A DNA stretch of 64,000 nt from Malacoraja senta (taxonomy: Eukaryota), in contig CM075984.1 in the NCBI GenBank assembly GCA_038087875.1, forward strand, positions 39,370,001 to 39,434,000. The letters are read 5' to 3'. The position numbers were made by a program, and so were the translations under genes. Below the pieces are notes generated by a model. It saw only the letters and a list, made by a program, of their open reading frames with translations. It was not told the DNA's origin and made no database searches. Below, one piece after another: positions 1 to 12,208 of this stretch (the first letter of the stretch is position 1; each line of letters opens with the position of its first letter).

Positions 1-429
1 GCGGCTGGGCTTGTATACTCTGGAATTTAGGATGAGAGGGAATCTTATTGAAACATATAAGATTATAAAGGGTTTGGACACGCTAGAGACATGGAACATG
101 TTCCCAATGTTGGGGGAGTCCAGAACCAGGGGCCACAGTTTAAGAATAAGGGGTAAGCCATTTTGAACGGAGATGAGGAAACACTTTTTCACACAGAGTT
201 GTGAGTCCATGGAATTCTCTGCCTCAGAGGGCGGTGGAGGCCGGTTCTCTGGATACTTTCAAGAGAGAGCTAGATAGGGCTCTTAAAGATAGCGGGGTCA
301 GGGGATATGGGAAGAAGGCAGGAACGGGGTACTGATTGTGGATGATCAGCCATGATCACATTGAATGGCGGTGCTGACTCGAAGGGCCGAATGGCCTACC
401 CCTGCACCTATAGTCTATTGTCTATTGTC
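1..429 (+). mobile_element. CR1-clade LINE 3' end (HER1-like), truncated by window start
   Basis: Typical CR1 ORF2 tail/3'UTR (GLYTLEF.., ccaggggccacagtttaagaataagggg, gaagggccgaatggcctac) ending in (tctattg)n; similar to 22646-22956. Confidence 0.85.
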
Positions 430-1724
430 ATAACATTATCGTGCAGATTTAATGTTGCATTATGAATGAGAAATTATATATTTCAGACTTAAGAGAATAT
501 GATGAGCAAGCTGCAGAAACGATGAAGTGTTTTTAGATTTTTAAAAGGCATTCAATATTGTGCCACATTAAGAGTATTTATCACAAGGACACATACATTT
601 GTGGGTAGTTACATGGTAAATTGGCAGAAATCATTATTTGGAGTTCAGAAGAATAAAATGTCATCTCATTGAAGCCAATAAGATTCTGAAGCAACTTGAC
701 AAGGTGAATACTGAAAAGTTTTTTTTTTCATAGCAGGGGAACTTAAAACTAAGGTATACAGACCTGAAGTATGGGTCAATATTTAAGTTGAAGTCAAGGC
801 ATTCTGACGATGAGAATGTTGCATTTCAAAGAATTCCAGAGATCGTCATTGTTGAAGACTGAGATTGATATGTTTTTGGAAACCAGGGGAATTTAGGCAT
901 TTAGAAAAATGGGTAGGAATAAAGATACAATCTAACAAGGAAAAAGGATGAAAATACATGTTGCCTGCTCCTGTTTCTTACACTTGCTTGCATTTCTTAT
1001 GTTCCAGTTTAGCAATAAAACCTCAAAGTCATTTTACTACTTGTAATGAACTTTGCAGAAGTGTAAAGAAACATTGTCACTTTCTCAGCAAAGGAAATAT
1101 TATCCTCTTTCACAACTTGAATGTGAGATTAGCCCTGTTTAAGGTGCTTTTAACCCTATCCTTTGTTGGGAAATGTTCAAGAACTACATGTCAGAGCCAA
1201 CTTAGGTCATTTGGGAATGAAATGAAACAGCACTTTATCACTGAAGGCAATTGATATCTGGGATTCACCATGCGAAAATCTGCAGATTTGGGAGTAATCA
1301 GAACTCTTAAGATTGAGAAAAGTTTTTTGTTAGGTGAGATAACCAAGGAAATGAAAAAAAGACATGTAAAATGATGTGTAGGAAGGAACTGCAGATGCTG
1401 ATTTAAACCGAAGATAGACACAAAAAGCTGGAGTAACTCAGCGGGTCAGGCAGCATCCGTTTGGAAGGATCCTTTTCTCCAGGGATGTTGCCTGGCCCTA
1501 CATGTAAAATTATGTTGAATTGCAGAAGAGCCTTGATATAACCCAATAGCAGAGCGTGCTTGAGGGGCGATGGTCAACAACTATTGCTAATGCTAATGCC
1601 CCATAGCCATAAAGTCTTGGTACATGGTCTTTATCTACAGTATGTATTGACGAGTTGTGTTAATTTTGCCAGGTAGAATGATCCAGATTCAAATACTAAT
1701 TATATTTTTAAATGTCTCCCCCAG

Positions 1725-1799
1725 GATATTGTGGATACTCATCCTGGGCTCACGTTTTTGAAGGATGCACCAGAATTCCATTCACGATACATTACCACG
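1725..1799 (+). CDS. PPP2R3A: PP2A regulatory subunit B'' alpha (PR72/PR130), internal exon
   Basis: ccag|GAT...ACG|gtaat; 75 bp; DIVDTHPGLTFLKDAPEFHSRYITT. Confidence 0.95.
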
Positions 1800-3059
1800 G
1801 TAATATCAGGTTGGAAATGCTGCACTTGCAAATCACTGGTTTCACAATGGGTGTCTCAAAGGAAGTCCCTGAGGAAATTCCTCTGGGAATCTGAAGTTCC
1901 TGAGGGAATGTCGGGGGGAATCTGGAATCCCCAAGGTCACTGGATATCTCACTCTGATGAATGTTTACTGTTTATGATTTCTTTTAAATTACCATCTGTC
2001 AAATATCAATAATTTTCTGCAGTGACAACACGTCGGTACCTTTGGCTATTGGACATTGTTCCCAAAGTGTGTGGTGACATTTGCAAAGGGTTATTCCATA
2101 CAGAGAGGTTTGAGAACTAACATATTAGAATCTACCTTCTGAAACAATTAGTATTGTGATATTTCTGCATTCTGAAGTATCATTATAATGCTGCCACTTC
2201 AAAATACCACTGGCAACTGGTGGTCTGCCACCTCCTTTAATCCTGTCAAAATTATGAGAGCGTACTTGAAATCTCACCCCCTCCCCCCGGAAGTCCCCCC
2301 CGAAAATGTAGCTCGAGAAAAATGAAACAATGAAACCATATAAAGTTTCTCATCTCACCTGTTGTGCTGCAGATAAATTTTATTATTGCCATGACCAAAA
2401 CAAATTTACCATTGGGAAAGGACCCATTCTGGATATCCCACGATCTGATCATCTCTTCTATTTGTGGTTTTCATTGTAGTCAAAACTGCTGCTTTATCCG
2501 CTTCTTCATCACCCTCAACTGCTGTGCATGTTTCTCAGCAGCTAGTGTCCAGAAATGAAATCCCCTTCAGTGATTGGAGAAGGAAAGGATTTTGAGATCC
2601 TGGTGTCAGAAAAATAGTCCGGTTTGTGTGATTACCTCACAAAAAAAAGGCAAAGGGTTAACAACAGCAGCCACTTCTGTGTGAATGAGTAAGTGCTAAG
2701 GATTTCAAAGTCCTCATGTCATGGAAAGAGTGAGTGCTCAAAGGTAACCTCTATCATAGGACTCTCCATATTAGGTAGGTAGCTTGTCAATGGTTTTCTT
2801 GATGCGTGAATAATGTTAATCCTTTGGTTTATTAACAAGTCATGGTGAAGTGATTTAAAATAGAATGCTAATTTCTCCTTGGCGATCAGACACATTGACT
2901 GCCTGTTGAGGTTGGCAAGACCCTACTGTCATTTTTATTGGATGGCTGTCTAAACTGCTGTCTGTTTGCCCTTTTCTCCTGGGAATCAGCACAGTTTGAT
3001 TTCTGCAGAGCTCTGCCGCTGTGGGTTATTTATGGTTTGTTTATTTTCTTTCACCGTAG

Positions 3060-3146
3060 GTTATACAGAGAATATTCTACACAGTCAACAGATCCTGGTC
3101 TGGCAAGATAACGCTGACGGAACTGAGGAAGAGCAACTTCCTGCAA
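3060..3146 (+). CDS. PPP2R3A: PPP2R3A internal exon
   Basis: gtag|GTT...CAA|gtaagt; 87 bp; VIQRIFYTVNRSWSGKITLTELRKSNFLQ. Confidence 0.95.
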
Positions 3147-3278
3147 GTAAGTAAAGGTCCAGATTTCTTACAATTTGTCAGACAGACCAGTATGTTATCA
3201 GCAACACGGCTGAGAGCATAAATCACAATTTTATAATTGGCAAGTCTGCTTATATTGTCACAGCAGTTCTTCCATTTT

Positions 3279-3600
3279 GGGCAGCACGTTGGCGCAGCTG
3301 TAGAGTTGCTGCCTTACGGCGCTTGCAGCGCCGGAGACCCGGGTTCGATCCCGACTACGGGTGCTCTCTGTCTGGAGTTTGTACGTTCTCCCCATGAGTG
3401 CGTGGGTTTTCTCCAAGATCTTCAGTTTCCTCCCACACTCCAAAGACGTAGAGGTTTGTAGGTTAATTGGCTTGGTGTATGTGTAAATTGTCCCTCGTCT
3501 GTGTAGGATAGTGTTAATGTGCGGGGATCGCTGGTCGGCGCGGACTCGGTGGGTCGACGTGCCTGTTTCAGCGCTGCATCCCTAAAACCTAAAAACTAAA
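3279..3600 (+). mobile_element. tRNA-derived SINE (HE1/V-SINE-like)
   Basis: Pol III A box (tggcgcagctgt) and B box (ggttcgatccc), V-core-like body (tttcctcccacactccaaagac), ctaaa tail; related copies at 10729, 16415, 20385 and 54283. Confidence 0.85.
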
Positions 3601-3635
3601 ACACTGGATACCTCCAACAAGCTTCGCAAGTTGTA

Positions 3636-3763
3636 GAAACAAGGAACTGCAGATGCTGGTTCACACAAGAGGACACAATTGCTGGAGTAACTCAACAGGT
3701 CAGGCAACATCTATGGAGAACATGGACAAGGGACGTTTCTGGTTTAGGACTCTTCTTCAAACT
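3636..3763 (-). mobile_element. Penelope-derived short repeat with degenerate hammerhead core
   Basis: aggaactgcagatgctgg...ctggagtaactca...gacgtttc...cttcttcaaact matches the reverse complement of the Penelope terminus at 26100-26230. Confidence 0.75.
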
Positions 3764-4842
3764 TAGCACATTGTTTAAATTCACCAAGAAGAGGCCGTTT
3801 ACCACCTCAGCTGCCCAATTTGAACACTTGCATATCTACCTTCACAACAAGTGGATAAATAAAGAAAAATATTCAGTACTTCGAATGGTAAACAAATTCA
3901 GGAACGTTTTATAGTATATCTAGGTTTGCTTTACTGCATCTCAGAGATAAGTGATTCCTATAGCATAGAGACTGCTAAGCTCCATGTATCTAACATGTCC
4001 TTTTGATCTTTGGCACTCTTCATAAATATTTAATGAGGATCTTTTTTTTGTTAATTTGCGCAGCTGAAAATATTATCTGGTATTGTGTTTATTTTAACAG
4101 ATATCTTTGTTGTCTGTGTGAGAATTGGATTATCATTTGAAGATTTTGATGTAAACTATAACTCAAATTTTATTTGAAAGCATGTTGGCCCAAGTTTTGT
4201 AGTTTTCGCTTTCATATCTGCCTGTGTTAAATGATGTTGTCCCTAAAGTAGTTAGTAATGTGAGCAAAGTGGTAGGGGGAGCTAGACAGGGCAAGTAGGG
4301 ACAGGGTGGGCTGAACATCCAGCACTTTGGTGAACAACTAACACTTTCTCTCTCTGTGAGCGCATGGATTACACCTGGGTACTCTAATTTTCTTCCACAT
4401 TCCCAAAATTTGCCAGTTGGGTGGGTTAATTGGTCAGTATAAATTACACCGTACACATGGGTGGTAGGGGAACAAGGGAGGAGTTGCTGGGCATGTGAGA
4501 GAATAGATTACCAACAAATAAGTAATGGCATGGGATTGATTGGATTATCATTTGAAGAGCAGGCCTAGATTCAATGGGCTGAATGATCTCCCTGGATCCA
4601 GTGGGTTGAATAGTCTTCAATGTTGTATGAAATAAATGGAAGTGTAATTGGGAATAGCATGTACTTTCTGTAATTGGTATCTAAATGTTAGGAGCATCAA
4701 CGTCTCAATTATAAGCGGTAGCTGGCTTATAATCATGTCATTTTAAAAGCTACAAACCAAAGGAAGAAAAGTTGTCCTTAACTGCATTAAAGTTGTGGAG
4801 TGATTATCCAGCTAAAACCAACCAGATCTGCCTTGCCACTAA

Positions 4843-5139
4843 CTTACTTACTTACTGCCTATTATTGCCTCCTGGCATTTAGGGCAGCAACGAAGGTCCT
4901 CCACTCCTGTTGATTCCTTCAGTTGCTGTTTCCGTAACATATTTGTTTTACGAGACAGGATTGTTAGGCCCGTGCTCAACCTCCAACCTGGAGGACCAGT
5001 GGATCGCTCTTCGTCTCGCCTCTACCCTTCGACCTGTCCAGCATGGGAGACCCTAACAGGAGATGAATCTCCCGCTGGCATAGCTCTAGGGGTCACTGAG
5101 ACATACAAGCTCCCCGATCAGGACAAGGTTGCAATCCAA
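4843..5139 (-). mobile_element. Bipartite non-autonomous RTE element (5'UTR fused to 3' tail)
   Basis: (gtaa)n tail, RTE-like 3' end and RTE-like 5'UTR; flanked by ccttgccactaa (4831-4842) and ccttgccaataa (5140-5151), a TSD with one mismatch. Confidence 0.75.
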
Positions 5140-5990
5140 CCTTGCCAATAAGGGAGATGATATTTCATCCAGTCCTGACCTCTACTCGGAACCACTGCAT
5201 TATTCCCACCATCACGTTTACGTGGTCTTGCATTTCTCTGGAGCTCTAGTACTTCCTGCCACAGCTGATCCATGAAGTAGAGCAGATCCTGAGGTCCTGC
5301 CCATCGTCTGCCCAATAGCCCTTCAACAAGTTGTCTTTTTACGACGGGAGACGCATAAAAAACAGTTCAAGACATTTAAAATAATTAAAGATAATTTAAA
5401 ATGTTGTTAAAAAGATTAAAAATTATAAATGAAAGAGGGAGAAAAGGTGAGAGTGTGAAGATGAATTATAGTGGGCGACTTCAATTTCAGATCAAATACA
5501 AAAAGAGGAAGGTAAAAGTCTGGATTGAGGAAGAGAAACTGGGCAGAAAAATAATTAAAAATGAAAGTGATGTAAACCTATCAATAAAAAACATTAATAT
5601 TAAGAGGAAATGAAGAAAATATCCAAGAATATTTGGCTGCACTTACCTTTACAAAGAAGCTGGATGATGCCATTCACGTGCCATCTGGCTTCATGGCTCA
5701 GCATGTTGCGATTGCACCCCACAGGTGGGCCCGGTGATGAAATGGAAGTCAGGGCATTGAACTCAAGCTCATCTCTGGCTTCCATATACAAATGCTCAGG
5801 TGTGGACATCAGAGATTACTTGCCACACAAAGAGCTTCTTGTTGGTGAATCTTTATCAGCAGAAGGTTTGGGCCTTTGTTACCAGTTCCATGCTTTTACT
5901 GATCAAACCCTGAGTGCAATGATGCGAGAAGAATCAATTTATTACCGCCAATGTTCCTGCTATTTAATAACATTTGCCTTTTGCCTTTAG

Positions 5991-6147
5991 ACTCTTGCCC
6001 TCCTGGAGGAAGAGGATGACATCAACCAAATTACAGACTACTTCTCTTATGAGCATTTCTATGTTATTTACTGTAAATTCTGGGAACTTGACACTGACCA
6101 TGACCTCTTTGTTGACCAGAAGGACTTGGCCAGACACAATGACCATG
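5991..6147 (+). CDS. PPP2R3A: PPP2R3A internal exon (EF-hand 1)
   Basis: ttag|ACT...CATG|gtaagt; 157 bp; [52 protein letters not shown]. Confidence 0.96.
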
Positions 6148-6825
6148 GTAAGTAATTCTGTAACTGGCATAGCAATGTGTCTTAAATGTTATCTAATAAT
6201 ATTTGTGTAATAACTTACGGTTTTCATATATCTTTTAAATCTCACTGAGAAAATGTTAACTAGTTCAAGAAGTGTTGCATTCTCTTTGATTGCCAATTTT
6301 GAAACTCATTTTTTCTTCTGGGTCTGGTGATAATGAGACTTGCTCAATGAGTTTTCTTCTTTCTCTCCCTTTCCCTCTCTCCTCTTCCCCTCTCTTTAGC
6401 GTTTTCTCTTCTCTCTTTTTTTTCCCCTCTCAATTCTGTCTCTCGCTTTCTCTCTCCTCTTTCTGTCTCACTCACACACAGATACTGCAACTGCTCATTA
6501 GAACTAGCACAAACACTTTGTGTTCACCTCCTGACAGTGTGGGAGTAATCAAAACTTCTTCAATCGTATTTATTATATATTAAGCGGCATATTGGACAGT
6601 TATTAGTTGTAACATGAGGTGCTTTTGCTTTAAGTTTGAGTTACAGAAATAGCTACTCCAATTTTAACCCATGGCATGCTTGAGCCGGAAGAGATCAGCA
6701 TCAATTTTCTCCTAACTCACTTATACTGAGATGTTATAGGTGAAGTGGATATTTAAGTAGTCCAGGCTTAATACCCGGCCTGAACCTGGTATCAGATCCA
6801 TGAACAAAGGGGATTGAATGGATAT

Positions 6826-6889
6826 AAATTCCTTCTCACCAGAGATGCTGCCTGTCCCGCTGAGTTCCTCCAGCATTTTGTGTCTATCT
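6826..6889 (+). mobile_element. 64-bp Penelope-terminus fragment with 12-bp TSD
   Basis: agagatgctgcctgtcccgctgag...tgtctatc flanked by ttgaatggatat at 6814-6825 and 6890-6901. Confidence 0.75.
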
Positions 6890-7354
6890 TTGAATGGATA
6901 TCCAGCAGGCAGGATGGAGTCTAATAGCGATTGCAGTCAGGAAAGGGGAATAGGAGGGTGGAGAAGGATGATTGGAATTTTCTTTTGAGAGGCAGGGGGA
7001 GGGGGAGAGATTTGAAGGTGCATTTCTGATAACGCAAACTCACAAGGAAACTAAGAGTTGAAATAACTGGTCTTTGCAAGCCTAAAACCTTGTTTAGGGT
7101 TCCTTCCCGTGGAGCAGCCTTCCCTGGCAAGCCCCATCACATCTGCAATACAATCTTGTGAGACAGTTGGAACAAAATCAGGATGGTTCGGATCATTGTC
7201 AATAGATTCAATTTTTGAATCACACTGTTATTGTTAGTGGTGAAGTTATATTAAGCACGGGTCCCTTGCACGATTAGCAAACGTGGGCTGAGTGAAATGG
7301 GTTCATGGGCTAAATGGCCTTTGCTCTGTCTTATTTGTAAGTCTCAGGTAATAT

Positions 7355-7650
7355 CATAGAACACAGAACAGAACAGCACAGGAACAGGCCCTACAGCCCA
7401 CAATATCTGCTGAACATGATGATAATTTAAACTAATCACTTCTGCCCACATGTGATTTATATCGCTCCATTCTCTGCATATCCTTGTGCCCATCTAAAAG
7501 TCTCTTCACAGCCTCTATTTTTCTACCACCACCACTGTCAGTATGTTCCAGCCACCCACCACTCTCTATGTACAAAGACTTGCACCGCCTTACGGCTATG
7601 CCCTCCAATCTTTGACATTTTCACCCTATGGTAAAAAGTGTATCGTATCT
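7355..7650 (-). mobile_element. Degenerate CR1-type LINE 3' end
   Basis: agaacacagaacagaacagcacaggaacaggccc tail motif; related to 59765-60030. Confidence 0.6.
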
Positions 7651-7776
7651 TTGCCCTATCATGAGAATAGGCATGTGAAAAGCAAGGCTGCAGCTTGTTG
7701 CATTGGTAGAAAACTACTTTATGTGTTGAGCACCGCATTCCAAAATGAGTAAAACAGAATAATAGCAAAGGAATAA

Positions 7777-8014
7777 AGGGCCTGTCCCACTTGGCGATTT
7801 TTTTGGGCAACTGCCGGCGTCATTGACTGACGTATCAGGGTCGCCGAAAGATTTTGAACATTTCAAAATCCAGTGACGACAAAAAAAATGTTGCGACACT
7901 TGAAAAAACACCGCTCGTCAATACGTCATCGCGCTGTGACTTTTTCAGTGACCTGATACGTCAGTCAATGATGCCGGCAGTCACCGAAAAAAATCGCCAA
8001 GTGGGACAGGCCCT
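7777..8014. mobile_element. PIF/Harbinger-type MITE
   Basis: ~65-bp terminal inverted repeats (agggcctgtcccacttggcgattttttt... / ...aaaaaaatcgccaagtgggacaggccct); TAA on both sides (7774-7776, 8015-8017). Confidence 0.85.
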
Positions 8015-9275
8015 TAAGACAACATTTCCTCCACACTCACTTTGAATTGAATTCTCATGCAAGAGAAAAATTGTCTGATCATTCAACCCCAGTCAATGGC
8101 ATTATAGGTGTCAAATCAATTGACTGTGCATTGTCCTCTGCCTCCCAAATTTCAATTAATGCAACTGACTGGACATGAATTAGTAGGCAACTGTTCTTGG
8201 AAGGCAAAATACAAACACATATTCAAAATATTTTAATAAAGGAGCATAAAATACATTAAAGACAGAACATTGTGCATGGAAAATGCTAACAGAATAATTT
8301 AAGCAAAAATTGTTTTTCACTAGTTATTCTTTCCCTGTTTTAATGCGTTCTAATTTTAACAAGTAGCAGTTCATGGAGAAATCGGTGATAACGACTCTGA
8401 ATCTCATTGATTTTGACTGCACAGGATGCCTCGCATAAATCCTCAAGTTTAATCTTTACGAAGCAGCATCATTGCTGACATTTTGAACTCACTTCATTTT
8501 GGCTTTCATCAAAGCTCTCTGCTAAATCTCTGAGGAAATACTGCGAGTGCTGGCCTTAATTCTCTTTATATTTCTTCTGCTTTATATGCTATCAGGTAAA
8601 ACCTGATGAGACCTGACAGATTAAACGGTGTCTTTCTGTTCTTTTTCCAGAATCCCTGCTGATGGACTGCTCTTGCATAATCATTCTAGCCATTATATTT
8701 GACTCTGAAAGATTCCCAGAAAACGGAAAACCTTTGTAAATAATAAAACCTCTTAACCGATCACATATCAGTATCATGGACCAGTTGGGGGAAAAATAGC
8801 AGTCTGTGGCCAATGCTTAAAATGTTTGCAGAAAGCCTTGGTAGAATGCTTTGATTAAAGTCAAGAAGTGAGTCCAATATGTCAGCCTTAATGCTCTGCT
8901 AGAAAGATTAATTGTGAGGATTTATTTGAGACAGCTCTTGCCGTCAAAATTAATTAGACCCAGTCTTTATCAGTGATTCCTTGATTAAATGCTACTTGTT
9001 AAATTTTAAATGCATTAAAATGAGGAAAGAGCAGTCACCAGTGTCCTTTTTACTTACATAAAGACAAGATGTGTAAAAGGAATTCAGGTTGTTTTCTCCT
9101 CCAGAGTTCCAGCATTGACCGCGACAGGGTTCCCTGCTTTAGCAGAGGCTGTGATGATCAGGAGTTGCTTCAGCAGCAGCTCCCTCCTTGTTCAAAGTCT
9201 CAATATTAACCCCATTGCTACCTGCAGCATCATTTTCAACCCAAGAATTATTGCTATTTTTCTTTTTCTCCACAG

Positions 9276-9324
9276 CTATCTCTAATAGAATTATTGAACG
9301 AATATTCTCCGGTGCAGTCACAAG
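9276..9324 (+). CDS. PPP2R3A: PPP2R3A internal exon
   Basis: acag|CT...AAG|gtgagt; 49 bp; (A)ISNRIIERIFSGAVT(R); phases 1 to 2 fit the neighbouring exons. Confidence 0.95.
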
Positions 9325-9783
9325 GTGAGTATAACATCTTCAGTTTTGCATAATTAATTATTTTTTTTACATTGAGCTAATTCAAAATTGGGGATGTCAT
9401 TTTGGAGTTGCATTGTGTTTTTTGAGCAGTTGATTGATAAAGATATGTGACTGGAATGGAGAAAGCAGAGAAGAGGGACTCCGATATAGATAGAGTAGAT
9501 GGTAAGATACTTTGCCTCATGTCAAAGACCCGAAGCAATAAGTTTAAGGTGGGAAGTAAGAGTTTAAAGGGGATCAGAGAATTAATATTTTTCTTCCAGA
9601 GGTGGATTGCAGGTGAGCTCGCCAATAAAAGTAGCAATGAGCTTTATCTGCCCTGGATTATGGATGTGGGTTGGAGATTTTACTTTTTTTTAAAGAACAT
9701 TTTGCATTTATCTTTTTGAAAAGAGATTTAGGAAGATTTTGTTTTGAATTGGTAAATACAACACCTCTGTCTTTGATTTTCAG

Positions 9784-9873
9784 GGGAAACTGTGTACAGC
9801 GGGATGGACGAATGAGCTATGCTGATTTTGTATGGTTTCTCCTTTCAGAAGAAGATAAGAAGAATTCCACAAG
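9784..9873 (+). CDS. PPP2R3A: PPP2R3A internal exon
   Basis: tcag|G...AAG|gtagtt; 90 bp; GNCVQRDGRMSYADFVWFLLSEEDKKNST(S). Confidence 0.95.
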
Positions 9874-10069
9874 GTAGTTTTTATAATAAGGTTGTGAATG
9901 GACATTTCCAACTCTTGGTATCTGTACACTTCTGTGTTTATTATTCATTCCTACAATATGGACATTGTCAAGTTCAACATTTATTGCCCATCCTTATTTA
10001 ACTTTAAGAAGGTGGCCGTGTTTCTGCAGCATCATCTGGAAGAGACATCAAGGCAATTTTGACAAATTA

Positions 10070-10610
10070 AAATAGTGGACAAATACATGCCAGATGCAAT
10101 ATAACGTGGATAAATGAGAAACCACTTTGGTAAGAAACAGATAGTAAGAGCATTATTTAGATGGTGACAGGTTGGGAAATATTCAGTCAAAGGATGTTTT
10201 ATACCCCAATTGCTAAAAATTAAGTTGAAGGCAAAGCAGGCAGATAAAAAGGCAGATGGATGTTAACCCTCATTTCAAAAGATCTTGAGTACAGGAGCAA
10301 GGATTTTATATAGGACCTTGGTGATGTCTGCAGTATTGTGTATGGTTTTGGTTTCCTTACCTGAGAATGGAAATAATCATAGAGATAGTGTAATGAAGAT
10401 CCACCAGGCTGATTACTGGAATGGTGGAATGGTTTTACGAGAAGCAGTTGGGTTAACAAGGCCTGTATTCAGAAGAGTTTGGAAGAATGTGAGGCAGTCT
10501 CATAGGCATGTGAAAAACATTTGAAAGGACTGGACAGGCATGGTACTCTGCGGATGTTTTCTTAGCTGGATAGAATCTTGGATCATAGTCTCAGAATATG
10601 AGGTAAAGAA
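10070..10610 (+). mobile_element. Old, degenerate CR1 LINE fragment
   Basis: Decayed similarity to the CR1 RT tail at 63290-63800 (..QMQYNVDK.., YRTLV..YCVWFWFPYLR). Confidence 0.6.
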
Positions 10611-10728
10611 CAGATGACCCCTCCGTTACGACAGTTCGGGTAATGGAAATTCACCCTTGTTGAATTCACAAAGCACTAATACTAACCACCTGGGATACGG
10701 AATAAAAATTTACTCTTCTGAAATTTCT

Positions 10729-11040
10729 GGGTGGCACAGTGGCGCAGCGGTAGAGTTGCTGCCTTACTACTCCACAGACCCGAGTTCCATCCTGACTACG
10801 GGTGCTGTCTGTGTGAACTTTGTACGTTCTCCCTGTGGCTGAGTGGGTTTTCTCCGGGTGCTCCGGTTTCCTCCCACATTCCAAAGACTAACAGGGTTTT
10901 AAGTTAATTGGCTTTGGTAAAATTGTAAAAAATTGTCCCTAGTGTGTAGGATTGTGCTAGTGTAAGGGGTGATCACCAGTCGGCGCAGACCCAGTGGGCC
11001 GAAGGGACTGTTTCCATGCTGTATCTCTAGTCTAAAGTAA
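10729..11040 (+). mobile_element. tRNA-derived SINE
   Basis: A box tggcgcagcgg, degenerate B box; same body and tail as the 3279 copy. Confidence 0.85.
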
Positions 11041-11381
11041 AAAAATAAATACCAATTACTTTTTTTAACTTTCATTTCTTGGCACCTGCACAGATGATGA
11101 AGCTTCATGTTATGGAAATTTGTGATATGGACTGTTTTCCAGGACCCGCTCATTGTAACATGTTGTGGTTACCTGTAGGTAGAACTTTAAACTTTCCCTC
11201 CTATCACCATAAATCTATGTCCTCTAGTGTGTGACAGTTTGAGCCTGACAAAAAGACTCCTGTCTATGCCTCTCAGTATTTTATTTACTTCTCAGGTCAC
11301 CCCTCAGCCTCCAATGGTCTAGATAAAACAATCCGAGGAGTAAGGAGTAATAAGTAGTAAGTTGTTTTCATTTTCTTTTAG

Positions 11382-11557
11382 CATGGAATACTGGTTTCGG
11401 GCCATGGACATTGATGGGGACGGGGTTCTGTCCATGTATGAGCTAGAATACTTCTATGAAGAGCAATGTGAACGGATGGAGGGAATGGGCATTGAGCCTT
11501 TGCCATTCCATGATCTCCTCTGTCAGATGCTGGATCTTGTGAAGCCAGAATGTGAAG
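11382..11557 (+). CDS. PPP2R3A: PPP2R3A internal exon (EF-hand 2)
   Basis: ttag|C...GAAG|gtaaat; 176 bp; MEYWFRAMDIDGDGVLSMYELEYFYEEQCERMEGMGIEPLPFHDLLCQMLDLVKPECE. Confidence 0.96.
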
Positions 11558-12099
11558 GTAAATAACTACAAATATATCACCCAGATGTTTCTACAATCTT
11601 TTAGCAGAGAACAACGTTATTTTCAGAAAATGAATAATCAAACATTATAGACTGATTATATACACAATTTCACATCAATGTTTTTTACTCCCTGGAATGC
11701 TGGTTTGGTAAACAGGCAGTATCTAGTGTGAAAGTAGCTATGAATGATCATCATTCTATATGTATAAAGGGCATCTTGAGCTTACTTAACAGAGCATTCT
11801 TGTATCACATGTATGTCTCTCTATTTTGTGACACGTTGACTTTCCTCAGTAGGGGAAATGGAAATTAGACAAAAATAATGAAGCTATACTAAACATTAAA
11901 TAATTCGGATTTGAGATATGCAAATGTGACTAAATAATGTGAATTTTCAGTACGTTATTTTAAGGCAAATTTATCAATAAAAACTTGTTGGATAGGTTAG
12001 AATGTTTTAGTTTTTCATACATAAATGTCTCTTGCTCTATAGAAAGCTATATTACTGTTTCAGGGAATTATTGAAAACCTACTGTTTCTGGTATAGCAA

Positions 12100-12208
12100 A
12101 TAGAAAGGAACTGCAGAGACGGGCTTATACCGAAGATGGAGTAACCTGGAGGGTCAGGCTCCAGATGCTGCCTGACCTGTTGAGTGACTCCAGCACTTTG
12201 TGTCTATC
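12100..12208. mobile_element. Inverted (head-to-head) Penelope-terminus fragment with 12-bp TSD
   Basis: Minus arm then plus arm; ctggtatagcaa at 12088-12099 and 12209-12220. Confidence 0.7.

Noticed and set aside
3279-3360. tRNA-like A/B box sequence
   Set aside because: SINE head continuing into the SINE body with multiple copies; not a tRNA gene
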